A stretch of 62,735 nucleotides of DNA, the filler included, from Choristocarpus tenellus KU-1152 (lineage: Eukaryota > Protista > Phaeophyceae), in NCBI GenBank assembly GCA_964200185.2. It is 12 parts of 12 records of this genome, joined end to end, with 100 filler letters (N's around TTAATTAATTAA, not from the genome) between each part and the next. Parts side by side here need not be neighbours in the genome. Positions count along the whole stretch, not along the records: positions 10,819 to 13,432 come from CAXNAD020026265.1; positions 13,533 to 18,163 come from CAXNAD020013717.1; positions 18,264 to 20,891 come from CAXNAD020026147.1; positions 20,992 to 23,833 come from CAXNAD020024276.1; positions 23,934 to 27,506 come from CAXNAD020019177.1; 7 more parts are not named here. One strand, written 5' to 3'. Positions 12,170 to 24,002 of the stretch are shown in pieces. Positions within the stretch are counted from its first letter, which is position 1. Every line of letters begins with the position of its first letter. The position numbers were made by a program, and so were the translations under genes. Under the pieces are notes generated by a model. It ran no database searches, had not been told where the DNA came from, and worked only from the letters and a program-made list of their open reading frames with translations.

Positions 12170-12840
12170 GACAATTCTGGAAGGAATGCATTATCCACAT
12201 CGATTTTTTGCATTCGAAAACAATTATTTATTCAAGTATTGCATCCCACCCATTCAGACTTTTCGACATCATTTTAGGATTCATGAACAGAAGAAGTCAC
12301 TCTCCTCTGTAGCCAATTCTCGTCACTCACTCCACCACTTCACCGCCAACGTCACCTGTTTTTGTAGAAGGAATACATGACTCCCAGTGTTTTTTTGCAT
12401 TCAAAAGTAATCATTTGTTTAAGTATTGCATCTCACTCATTCGGAATTTTAGACATCATTTTAGGATTCACCAACAAAAAGAAGCCATTCTTCGTCTCTA
12501 GCCAATTCTTGTTACCGACCACTGCAACACTTCACGCCCACATTACTTGTTTTTCTGGAAGGAATGCCTGACCCACATCGATTTTTTGCATTCGGAATTA
12601 ATAATTTCTTTCAAGTACTCCACCCAACCATTCAGAATTTTCGACACCATTGTAGGATTCCTAGACAGAAGAAGGCACTCTCCTCCGTTATTAATTCTTG
12701 TTACAGACCACAGTATTTCACACATTTATTTTTGAAGAGACAAAGGAACCTCGCCAACCACATGCATTCGGAAGTAATTAAATTTATCGAGTATCGCATC
12801 TCGAATATTTCTAATTTTCATCTCTGGTTCATCGACAGGA
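12170..12840. repeat. ~189-bp degenerate tandem repeat, ~3.5 copies
   Basis: gaaggaat..tttttgcattc anchor at ~12180, ~12367 and ~12557, with a partial fourth unit near 12760. Confidence 0.8.
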
Positions 12841-13989
12841 TTTGAAAAATGCAAAGCCCTCCAAATTACAACTCATCCGCTTTTCATGTTTCGTGTAAGA
12901 CATGCATATTTTCTACGCTGTAGTTCGCAATCTCCCCACGAACACATTATCTTCGGCAAACTACTCACTAGACTACTCGTTCGTCAAAGATTTGTGAAAT
13001 TGCTTGTTTCATTTTCGTCCCTACCTCACCACATTCAACAATCAACCCTGTGATTCATATCAGCGTCATACCTGACTGACCTCTCTTCCTAATACCTCCC
13101 TGCGTTCGTTGCGACGATTATCAAAATCCTACATTGTTGCACGAAGGACTATGGCCGAAGCTGCTAAGCAAGAGTCACACTAAAGGATCGCAGAAATCAT
13201 TGGTTGCTCTACCGTAAGCGCAAGGAAAACCTTCTACATGGTCAACTCTGGATTCCTAAAGCAGGATTTCAACGCAAACCTACTGGATAAGGAAAGAGTC
13301 GTCTCCATGCTAAAGGACCTTGCGAGGGATCCCCAACAGGCAACGGAAAAAATCGCGGCCATCCTTAGTGCCAATGTTACAGGCGCCATGACACATAGGA
13401 TTGTTTTCTAGTTCCACCTGGGTTGGTTTCTGNNNNNNNNNNNNNNNNNNNNNNNNNNNNNNNNNNNNNNNNNNNNTTAATTAATTAANNNNNNNNNNNN
13501 NNNNNNNNNNNNNNNNNNNNNNNNNNNNNNNNGGGGGGATCTTGGAAGATTCCACGTCGAGGATATACCCTAAAGTGTCTTTTCAAAATGAGATTTTTGA
13601 AGTCCGCTATCTGTTCCGGTGTACCCGCTTGCAATGTCGCAAGAAACGCCTTCCTACTACATTATGAGAAAAACTTCCCTGCAAGGTGTTTGAACGGATG
13701 ATGAACAGACAATCATAAGGTACACCTTCTCTTGATCATTTATAATTATTTAATTATTTATTTATCTAGAAATGTCAGTCGGTGGCATTTTGTGGAACTT
13801 ATACAGACTATTCATCCCGTGGAGCATGGAGCATGGAGCATGGAGCATAGAGCATAGAGCATAGAGTATAGAGCAACAACAAAAAACAGGCTTGCTTTGT
13901 TTTTATTTTACTGATGATTTTGTTGCTCTCAACCTCCCCCCTTTCCCCCCCCCTTTCCATTATTTACCTATGGGTCCTCCTTGTTGTAG

Positions 13990-16900
13990 ATCCACGTGGC
14001 CGCGATATTGGAGTCGGTGTGTGTGGCGTTGTTTCTTGCTGGGGTGGTGGTCGCTCAACTTACTAGGGTGCTTAAGAAGGACATAGAGCAGTACAATCAA
14101 CCTCAAGGGAGGGTGGCGGAGGAGGGAGGCGTTGTCCAAGTGTCGGAGGAGGAAGACAAAGGGTGGAAGCTGGTGCATGCGGATGTGTTTCGACCACCTC
14201 GGTGAGGGGAGTTACGTGAAACCAGGAGGCGTTTGTGTGTGTGTGTGTTTAAATGATGTGCTTATGCTGGGGAATACCTTTAGAACTTGCTGGTTGGTGT
14301 ATGTGTATACTATGTGTGTATACTATGTGTGTGTACTATGTGTGTGTACTATGTGTGTATAGTTTTTGTGTGTAGTATGTGTATGTATAGTATGTGTGTA
14401 TAGTATGTATGTGTAGTATGTATGTGTAAGTATGTGTGTGTAGTGAGTCTGACAGATGTAGATTAGGGATGATGCTTATGTGTCGATAAGTGATAGAGGT
14501 CCCTTTGCTATTGTGCACTCTCTCTGTTCACAATTGAAAGGTTAAGTTGTTCGATGTTTCACACTCCTCTTGTTTTAAGGTTGCCGTTGGTGGTCTTGAC
14601 GTTATTTAATTTGATTACTTTTTTTTTATTAGTGAACTTCAAGAACGTTTTGTTTGATTGTATTTTTCTTTTATCAGTGTATGGAAATTAAAAAAATGTT
14701 TCAGTTGATGTTGGGTGTTGAATAGATCTCTCTTTTTGAAGAGCTTGTATTGTAGGAGTGGTGTATTGCAATGTGCAGATGTACCTACCGCTGTATGACT
14801 GGGTGATATGTATGTATATATATATATATTTATCTTGCATTTTCACTCACAAACTGACTATTAACCATATCGATGTTTCTTCTGAAAAAAAAGCCTTTCT
14901 TCTCTTTGGCACACCTTTGCTGTTACTTTTTATCTAGTCTCTTGATTTTTTGCAAACTTTGGGTTAGGGTTAGGGCATGCTTGAAGGATAGTTAGGGTTA
15001 GGACTGGGTTAGGGTTAGGTCATGTTGTAAGGGTAATTAGGGTTAGGGTTAGGGTTAGGGTAAGGTTTGGCGTTGAGGGTAGGTAGGGTATATTTAGGGG
15101 TATGGATAAGGTTGAGTTTAAGTGTACTGGTTAGGGTTAGGGTTAGGGTTAGGGGTGAAGTTTTTGATGGTTTGTGTTTCCTAACCCACGTCAATGGAAG
15201 GGTGTTGGACATGAGAAAAAATGGAGTGTTGATTGATGAATAGGGGGAAACTTTTATTTTTTCACATGCGCCTGTGTGCTCTGCTTGAATGTTAGGGTTA
15301 GGGGGACACTGTAAAAAAAGAAAAATCCTTCTGTTTTGGCCATAAGCTATTTATTTTTATTTATTTATGTATGCGTATGGTGGAACAGCAAAGGGATTGT
15401 GTCGATTGTGTCAGTGGAATAGCATTATGGAGGTGAGCACTCATTTGGTAACCTTAACCCTATCAACCTCCCCTATGATAACCTTAACCCTTGAATTGAA
15501 TGAATATCGAAAACATCTCCTTGACTGTCATCCCCTCCCCTCTCCCCCCTCCGTGGTTGCAATTTTCGATCCCAACAAATGGGCACGTTATTGTTTGTGT
15601 GTATTTATGTATGTGTATGTGTATGTGTTTTTTTTAGGGACTATCCTATGCTCTTCTCAGTCTGTGTTGGAACAGGTTGTCAGCTGATGTGCATTATACT
15701 GGCATGGCTGTTTTTTGCTTTGATGGGTGCTCTCTCACCCTCTCGGCGGGGCAGTCTCTTGATCTCCTTCATCTTGCTCTTTGCCGGCACTGGCTCTATC
15801 ACGGGTTACTGCAGTAGCAGGTTTGAATATTTTTATTTACCTCGTCTTGTCTTGTCTTGTCGAGTTGGTTTGAATATTTTTTATTATTTTTTTATTGCTA
15901 CCGCAGTAGTGATTATACTAAAATTTTCATTGAAGTGAACTGGACAACCGATGTTGTTGGTATCTTTTAGTATCTTTAGTATCTTTAGATCAGATAGATA
16001 ATATGATTGGGTATCTTTTAGTATCTTTAGATTAGATTAATAGAAAGATTGGGTATCTTTTAGTATCTTCAGTTTAGATAAATAAAAACATTTTAATACA
16101 CAGGTAGGATTATGTAGTGTAAAACTTCTTTACCTAACTTTGTATCTCTCATGTGAATGAGTCCTTTGTAAATTAAGCTGTCTACCCTGGAGTGTATGCC
16201 ATTTGGTAATGCACTCTTTACATCATTTTGAACAAAAAATGGTTAGTGTGAGTGAGTGTGTTTGTGAGGGAAAATTGTTTGGTTTTGGTATTTATGTATT
16301 GTGTGGATGTTTTGATAGGTTAAGGGTTAGGGATGAGAGTCAGAAGGTGCATTGGATATCCAGAAGTATGTGAGGGAGTATGGACTAAATGCTGTTTTGA
16401 CAGCTGATGTGGTGGCAAAGATGAAGAACTTCATGGTCAGTGAGGACTTTGGATACTTAGTGTCCTCTGTTATATTGGATACTTAGTTGAAGTTTTTTTT
16501 TCTTACTGAATGTGGTTGACTCTAAAGTAAATCATTTTGTGTTTTGATCTATGCTATTGTATGTGCTATGTAGTTCCAGTTTTTTCTTTTTAAATATAGA
16601 AAAAATGAGAAGGCGTTTTTGTTTTTCAATTTTGGTTTGGTGTCATCAAGTGTTGTCCTTTGATGGGAGGTGTTTGAAAAGAGTTGTTCTTTAATGTTGT
16701 GTCAGGTGTTTTAGCTTATATCAGTACGTCAAGTATTCTTGTTTAAATATTTATTTCTACTACAGGTGTTTTATTTTATTTTATTTTATTTTATTTTACT
16801 ACTACTACCACTACCACTACCACTACCACTACCACTACCACTACCACTACTACTACTACTACTACTACCAATACTACTACTACTACTACTACTACCACTA

Positions 16901-17505
16901 CCACTACTACTACTACTACTACTGCCACTACTACTACTACTACTACCACTATTACTACTGTGAATGTAATCTGACTTGTATTTCATTTTAAAAGAACTTG
17001 ACTACATTTGTGTATGGATAGGTTCTTGGATAATCTGCGCAGAAAACCCGGGGTCTCACTGGTAATTCAATTTTTATTTTTCTGACGCACGTGCTCGCAG
17101 AAACCCATCGCACTCGGTGGTGTACTTTCCATTTTTTCATACATTGTTCGAACTGTAAGGTGAAAATATATTATATTTAAAAAATAAAAAACATTTTTTT
17201 TGTGAAGAATAAATTTGCTGTAGAAATGTCAAGTCACATCAATATATATATATATATTTATGTAGATATTGTGTATATATATATTTTTTTGGACTTGACC
17301 CCTTTCCCTCTTCATCAGTTTGCAATTTCTACATTTAAAAAAAATGCATACCTTTGTTGTAACACCTTGCATAACAATGCCTTGCAGGATTTACAAAATG
17401 TTCCGTGGTAGGAGGTGGAGGCATGCTACGGTGCTGGGCGCGGTTCTGTTTCCTGGGGTGGTGTTTGCCATGTTTTGTGTCATAAATACTGTTCTCAGAG
17501 CAGAG
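13990..17505 (+). CDS. TM9SF: Transmembrane 9 superfamily (nonaspanin/EMP70) protein, three internal exons
   Basis: Exons 13990-14201, 15638-15820 and 17388-17505 with compatible phases. Motifs LKKDIEQYN, EEDKGWKLVHADVFRPP, PMLFSVCVGTGCQL, LSPSRRGSL, GYCSSRIYKMFRGRRW and LFPGVVF. Confidence 0.92.
14961..15303 (+). repeat. Degenerate interstitial (TTAGGG)n telomere-like repeats in a TM9SF intron
   Basis: Several gggttagggttagggttaggg runs. Confidence 0.85.
16797..16959 (+). repeat. (ACT/ACC)n microsatellite
   Basis: Directly visible. Confidence 0.95.
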
Positions 17506-17976
17506 GTGAGTACTAACACACTGTGGATGTTGCTGTGGAAGGGGTGTGTGCTGTTGGGACATGGCTTCAAGAAGTGGAAGTGTCTTTTTTTTTTATTACT
17601 GGTGATCTATCTGTCCGGCATGTCGTGATTATACTCCTCTATCCCATACGTCTGTGTATTGCTTCGTTTTTTTTTTGTGTGAACAGTTTTTCGAATGTGA
17701 GATTCAGAAAAGAAAATGAGTAATATTTGTGTTCCAAAAGCCTGCAGCTTCGGCTTTTGCTCGTAGGTGTCTTCCAAATATATATATTTTTTTCATTTCA
17801 AAACGGTTGAGAAATCGTCCCCTGAACACAAACCACTTCTTTTTTTTTCCCCCGGAAATGTCAGATTTTACAAAAACAGCAAAAATCGGTCAACATTAGC
17901 TGGAACAGAAGTGACGGTTGGTTAATCAGCCATAACGTCTCAACGTGACCTCCGATGAAGACATGATTAGTTGCGT

Positions 17977-18163
17977 TGGATTCCTTGATGGATTCCTTGA
18001 TGGATTCCTTGATGGATTCCTTGATGGATTCCTTGATGGATTCCTTGATGGATTCCTTGATGGATTCCTTGATGGATTCCTTGATGGATTCCTTGATGGA
18101 TTCCTTGATGGATTCCTTGATGGATTCCTTGATGGATTCCTTGATGGATTCCTTGATGGATTC
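17977..18163 (+). repeat. Perfect 12-bp tandem repeat (TGGATTCCTTGA), at least 15 copies, running into the contig end
   Basis: Directly visible. Confidence 0.95.
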
Positions 18164-18263
18164 NNNNNNNNNNNNNNNNNNNNNNNNNNNNNNNNNNNNN
18201 NNNNNNNTTAATTAATTAANNNNNNNNNNNNNNNNNNNNNNNNNNNNNNNNNNNNNNNNNNNN

Positions 18264-18582
18264 CTCGCCGCTCTCTTCCTGCTTTCCAGAGGTGGCAAAG
18301 ACTGCAGAGCAGTGCTCCGCATTGGTTGAAGATCCAACCACGTTTGAGTGGTAATGCTTTCAATGCATCTTCTCTCAGCGTCAGCATTGCAACCCCGTTG
18401 TCCATTTCGTGATTTGAGTATGCTCTGCGCCACAGTAGACGCACTTTCTCGTCACCTAGCTTCGCACTGAGTTTCAGACGGTACTTGCTTTTCCGTCGCC
18501 TCTCGACAGAGAAGGTGCCAAGGGTAGATCCAGGGGGAAGTGTGGCCTCGGCGGCTCTCCTTGACTCACCATCATGGCTCAT
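18264..18582 (-). CDS. 5' part of a putative DNA-transposon protein (possible hAT-type N-terminal zinc finger), truncated by the contig end
   Basis: MSHDGES…KRGWIFNQCGALLCSLCHLW; W…LxCxxC spacing resembles zinc fingers at the N-terminus of hAT transposases; lies beside subterminal-like inverted repeats. Confidence 0.35.
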
Positions 18583-19132
18583 GATGCTGTGTAAGTCACG
18601 CGTGTGTGTGCTCACAAAAAGTCTACAAAAAGGCGTTAAAAATACGTCCGGAAATTTGAGTTTTTTTTCGGTATTTCCACACCAGCCAAACTTGGGCAGT
18701 GAATACACCGGACCAGTTTTTTGGAAGGAGTTCAGTCAACCACTTCATTTTGTCCGTTTTGAAGTCGTGATATTCAAAATTGCGCCAGAGATATTCCCCC
18801 GCATTTTTGCCATTTTTGATCGGGACATGGCTCCCGTTCCCTGAAGCCTCGACATTCATCGATACAAACCTTCAAAAAGGTCTTGTCATACCCTTTCATT
18901 CTATATATACATCAATGAATAACTATTGCGATAACCCCATGAAAAAAACTACGATTTCCACAGAGGGCGAAGCTACTGGTACCACCTTATCCCCTGTCAC
19001 ATTTTGTAGATGTGTCAGGGAGAAAAACGATGATAAGCCAATCACCAGATATGGACAAGGAGGGTTTTTTTCGATTCGTGGGATGCTTCCCTAACTCCTC
19101 ACCCTATAGTGTTGGCAGTCGCCTCTAGGATC

Positions 19133-19456
19133 CGACCGATCTTGAATTTTTTGAAAAGGTTGTCCAACGAGATAAACGACGATGAGCATATCAAATGAAA
19201 GCTCTGGATCTAAGTTATCGACTGATGCAAGTGAAAATTCATTTTTTCCGAAATTGTTTTGGTAAGGTTAAAGTTTAACCGAATGTTTTCGGCACAACCT
19301 TGGAAGTGTTCTGGAATGAATTATCACGACCAAACATATTTTTTCCGAAAAAATTCCTTTACATCAGTCGATAGCCTAGATCTAGAGCTTTCATTTGATA
19401 TGCTGATCGTCGATTAACTTGTTGATCAACCCTTTCAAAAAAATCAAGATTGGTCG
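19133..19456. mobile_element. Foldback/MITE-like element with ~98-bp imperfect inverted arms
   Basis: 19133-19230 (cgaccgatcttgaattttttgaaaaggttg…catatcaaatgaaagctctggatcta…atcgactgatg) is the near reverse complement of 19359-19456. Confidence 0.75.
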
Positions 19457-19535
19457 CCGCCAAAACGGTACGTGTGCTAACCTCGACTTAATACTGTTTA
19501 AGTCACTCACAGGACACGATTATGGTTGACGTCTT

Positions 19536-19849
19536 GGAGGACACTGCTTGATGCTTCCAAAGTACCAATATGAATTGAACCCGATAGAGATGGTCTGGGG
19601 GCGGGCGAAGCACTATGTACGAGGCCACTGTGACTACACGTTGCCTGGAATGAGAGCCAACATTCCTGTCAGTCTTAAGGAGGAAGGGGGGGGGTGTCCA
19701 GAGTAATTGTGGAGAGGTTCTTCAGGTTGAGTATTGCTTACCGTCTGATATATTCCAATAAGAAAGGCATGGAGTGCACCAAATTGGACAGGGTGTACAA
19801 GACATTTGAGTCTCACAGGAGGCCTGCACGTTCAGAATACCTCATTTGA
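19536..19849 (+). pseudogene. C-terminal fragment of an IS630/Tc1/mariner-type (DDE_3-like) transposase, frameshifted
   Basis: GGHCLMLPKYQYELNPIEMVWGRAKHYVRGHCDYTLPGMRANIPVSL, frameshift at the G-run ~19686, then …VERFFRLS…VYKTFESHRRP. ELNPIExxW is the catalytic-Glu motif. Confidence 0.85.
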
Positions 19850-21799
19850 CTTGGCATGGATTGTCTGTCTGGTTCAGAGGCCTGGGCACCCATGAGTGAG
19901 CCTTAGCCAGCAGGTGACAACATCGCATAAACGGGAAATAATGGAAAGAGAATGGAGAGACAACAACGCCCATGTTCTCCAGGTGAAGATGACCTCTTAG
20001 GCGTCAAAATAATCTTTAAATACGCGGTTCACGCGTGCAATGTGGCTTTTCCCCACTGAGAAACGTGCGCGCGGACTACTTGATTTAAGTATAGTCCTTT
20101 GTTTCTCACGATTACGGCAAGTTGACCACCGAGACCCATCAGATGAGGTTAAGCGTGCTGAAGCGATCACAACAAACGAATTTTCATGAAAAAATGTTGT
20201 TGATCAAACGTTATGGCACAACAAAGTTGATGCAGGAGGCAACTGCCAACATTGTAGTAATGTAAGCCTTGACCTTTCTTTTTTTTAACAAGGTGACAGA
20301 GTTAGCTATGGCCCCATAGAGTAATCCCCCTTGAAAGGACAGGTTTGACAGCATTGGGCATTTTGAGCACAATGAAGACATACATGTTGTGGACAGATGA
20401 ATATATTCCAAGTGAACTGGCAGAGACTACTGTAGGCGGATGCACTTGCCTTTGCACCCTCAGGGCGTTGGATACATTACCTCAAGGTTGTATGTTGCAA
20501 AGTAGCTGTGGATTGGATTAACCCCCCATGCAAAAGACACATTTTTTTTAGTTGGTTAGGGCCTTTCTTTGCCCCGAAAATGTTCCAGTGATCATAGACT
20601 AAAAGGCAATGACTATGCCAAATCGGAAGGATTGACATGGAACTGATCTTGTATTTGGTTGGGGATCAATATATTACAATGTCATCAACGATTGAGAAGG
20701 CCAGGTCCACTTTAGCCCTCCTGATCCCGTATATCTGTCGCCATGTCATCCACCTACGTATAATTACTGGAATAATGTTTACCTTGAGAAGGGGCCTTGA
20801 TCGTGGCAACCTGTGTCTACTTACCTCAAGGGACCCCCTGCGATAGAGTTAAGCCCCCCCGCCCCAGCCCATTAGGTCTCAGAACGATAAGNNNNNNNNN
20901 NNNNNNNNNNNNNNNNNNNNNNNNNNNNNNNNNNNTTAATTAATTAANNNNNNNNNNNNNNNNNNNNNNNNNNNNNNNNNNNNNNNNNNNNCACATGGAC
21001 TCAATTCCACACAATAATCTCATATACACAAAATAAGGTACACTTCACTATTGTCCTATTTTGCATACTCCCCCAAGAGAGTGCAGGCAATGAAGAGTTG
21101 CTGGAACTCTCAAACCTGAAACATCTTATTGTATAAACTCCCCATTCTGCACACACTCCCCCATGATAGTGGAAGTAAACTATATATATATACCCTAACA
21201 TCAATGTTAACTTTGGATCTATGTAGGGACAAAAAAAAAAGTAATCTAAACCTTTGTCCTACTGCAGCTTCATGTGGAAACATTTTCGGGTACTTTCTTC
21301 TGCAGGTCTTTGACAATGCCATGTTGCGTCTCCCACAATCCATGAAATGGCAGGGTCCTTAGCAATGCATATAGCGTCTCCTACCATCAACAAAACCTCC
21401 CTAGTACATCAATTCTGCAGGTCACTGGAATAAAGTAAAATGGTGGAGCTGTCACTTCCTACCTATCCTACCACAATCTCTACGAACACATCCTGGGGTG
21501 TTTTCTACGGTGGGTCCTTCACCATACCAAAATGCGTCTCCCACGATCCACGAAATATTCCTAGTGTCACGTCTAAAGTGAATCTTTGGAAAAGAGAGTA
21601 GTACTTAACAATTGACTCATCACTGAAATACCATACACACAAAAAAAACGAGGAAAACCTCTCCCTGACTAAAGTCAGTCTGCATACAACATCACAGCTG
21701 TCACTTGACTACTGTGGGTACGCAATAAAATACACAACAGATGGGGGACAGACTCAAATTAAAACATTTGGAAAAAACGAACACAAAGGAAAGCAGTCA

Positions 21800-23833
21800 C
21801 AAGGGGTAATGTTATCTGTCACCGAAATAAGAGCTCCTGATGAAGCCTTCTGACCTTCCCATCCTTTCAGTAAGGTCCTCTTGGTTCGAGGACGGAGGAG
21901 TTGTTGTAGATATCATATACGCGTTATTGTCCCCTCTCTTGCTGTTTCTCTTGTTGGACGTAGCACCCACTCCCCCAGGCTTGAAGCCTATCATAATAGA
22001 ATGTCTTGTACATCCTCTCGTTGAGTGAAGTCCTTTGCTAACAACCTTCCTCGCCATTGTGCTTCCGATATGGAAGATGGTTCTTGATGGTCTGGAGTAG
22101 ATATTATTTACTTCCCAGACTTACAAGTCTTGTGCAGGCAGCTTTTTTGATAAGCTTCCTCTGTTTTTCTGTTCTGGCTCCAACCCTGGTCCAACTAATT
22201 CCTCCGCTTGTATAGACAGTGTCGCTCTCCTCTGGTGACAAACAATCTGAAGGTTTCCTTTACCTCCACAGTTGTAGCATAGTCCTTCGAAAGAACAAGG
22301 ACCAATATGCTTGATCAGTCCACAGTTTAAACATCTTCTGTTAGTCCTGATCTCGTCTCTAATAGGGGATCTTGTTGTAATATGGTCCGTACGTTTACCA
22401 GTTGTACCTTGGCCACCTCCTCCGCTGACCGTCTGTGTTCTCTTCCTTGAGTTTATGGTCACAGCGGCTAGAGTGCTCCCAGGCTCCCCACGGTTACCTC
22501 CTCCTTTCCTTTCTGGTGGAGACGTAGTTTCTGCTCCTGCTGATGTCCTTCTCCCCTAGTGACAGGTATAGCAATTGCTTTTCTCATTCCGTAAGCAAGA
22601 ATCTTGGGGTCTCCAATCGATGGGTGTGTCCCCTTCAGGGACAAGTGTTGTGACGACTGCTCTAGGTCCATAGGCAGACACTTGTGGCTCAGACTCAGGC
22701 TCATGGCCCAGGCTCAGGATTGCAGCTCCAACTGCATTGCCTCGATTAACTCCGTCATCTTGTCCCAGGGTCCCACTGCTCAATATTCGGCATGGCATAT
22801 CAGGTACCCAAAGTATTTCCCTAGACCTTCAGTTCTAGCTCCTTATCTATCGTACCATATCTCATGTCTCCTTAGCCTCCAGCTTCCCATTTGTGTCAAA
22901 GGTGTAGATTCACTTTGTTGGGATAGCGATGATGATACTATTACCCGTTTCAGCTTCTTGTAGCTTATATCGGGTCTTGTGATAAGCTGCACGGGGATCT
23001 CGTCCTCCGCACGTCCTCTGTTGAGCTACACGGGGATTTAGTCCTCCGCGCCTCTACCGTTGAGCTCCACGTGGATCTCGTCCTCCGTGCGTCCTTTGTT
23101 GACCTGCACGGGGATCTATTCCTCCGCGCATCTTCCGTTGAGCTGCACGGGGATTTAGTCCTCCGCGCGTCTTCCGTTGAGCTCCACGTGGATCTCGTCC
23201 TCCGTGCGTCCTTTGTTGAGCTGCACGGGGATCTATTCCTCTGCGCATCTTCCGTTGAGCTGCACGGGGATCTATTCCTCCGCGCATCTTCCGTTGAGCT
23301 GCACGGGGATCTCGTCCTCCACGCATCCTCCATTGATTTCTCTTCACAGTTCCAGTGCGATATTCGTTCCTATTATGTTAGTGTCTCCGTGAGTTCAGGA
23401 CGACGTATCTTCGCCGCACAATGTCTTAAGGACCCTTTCGCTGGCATAAACCACCAGATAAAATCTCCATGTTGTCCAAGTCTCCACTGATCATGCTGGT
23501 GCTCCAGTTCAGTTGGGCAAATTCTTCATGTCATCCGGCCCATCACCTGCTCCTTTTCTCCATACTACTTAGGCTCATAACCTGTGCAAATTACCTTGGG
23601 AGGTAGTGCTATTTGTTAGTAGTGAAGATAAGAAGGTGTGGAGCCTCATGCGACTCCCTTTGCTCAACGTGATTACCTGGTTGAAATTTAGAAGAGTGAC
23701 CTTTGTGGGGTGTCTTCGTATTGCTTGTTTATTATTTATTTGTGCTTCCTATCTAAGTCAACGGTTATGTCGAAGTAGTTGAATGCAGAATAAATACCAA
23801 TACATAATCCCATACATAATCCGGATGTACTAT
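21800..23833 (-). mobile_element. Decayed, internally deleted Ty1/copia LTR retrotransposon (5' LTR end, PBS, gag with two zinc knuckles)
   Basis: Minus strand reads …GCACA|GGTTATGAGCC (LTR CA end 23583-23584, copia-type PBS 23572-23582); CLNCGLIKHIGPC and CYNCGGKGNLQIVC knuckles at ~22235-22335; LQAWGSGCYV, resembling the post-integrase LRVFGCxxYV motif, at ~21957-21986. Many stops and frameshifts; no 3' LTR found. Confidence 0.8.
22985..23335. repeat. 39-bp minisatellite, ~9 copies, inside the copia gag region
   Basis: gagctgcacggggatctattcctccgcgcatcttccgtt-like units (13 codons, RSPCSSTEDARRN). Confidence 0.92.
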
Positions 23834-23933
23834 NNNNNNNNNNNNNNNNNNNNNNNNNNNNNNNNNNNNNNNNNNNNTTAATTAATTAANNNNNNNNNNN
23901 NNNNNNNNNNNNNNNNNNNNNNNNNNNNNNNNN

Positions 23934-24002
<69 letters not shown>

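Noticed and set aside
17945-18215. GFLD / MDSL repeat proteins
   Set aside because: Products of a 12-bp tandem repeat with no splice or start support.
23934-24002. Long poly-G runs (also ~45323 and ~59449) as G-quadruplex elements
   Set aside because: They sit at contig ends, where homopolymer length is unreliable and may be a sequencing artefact.
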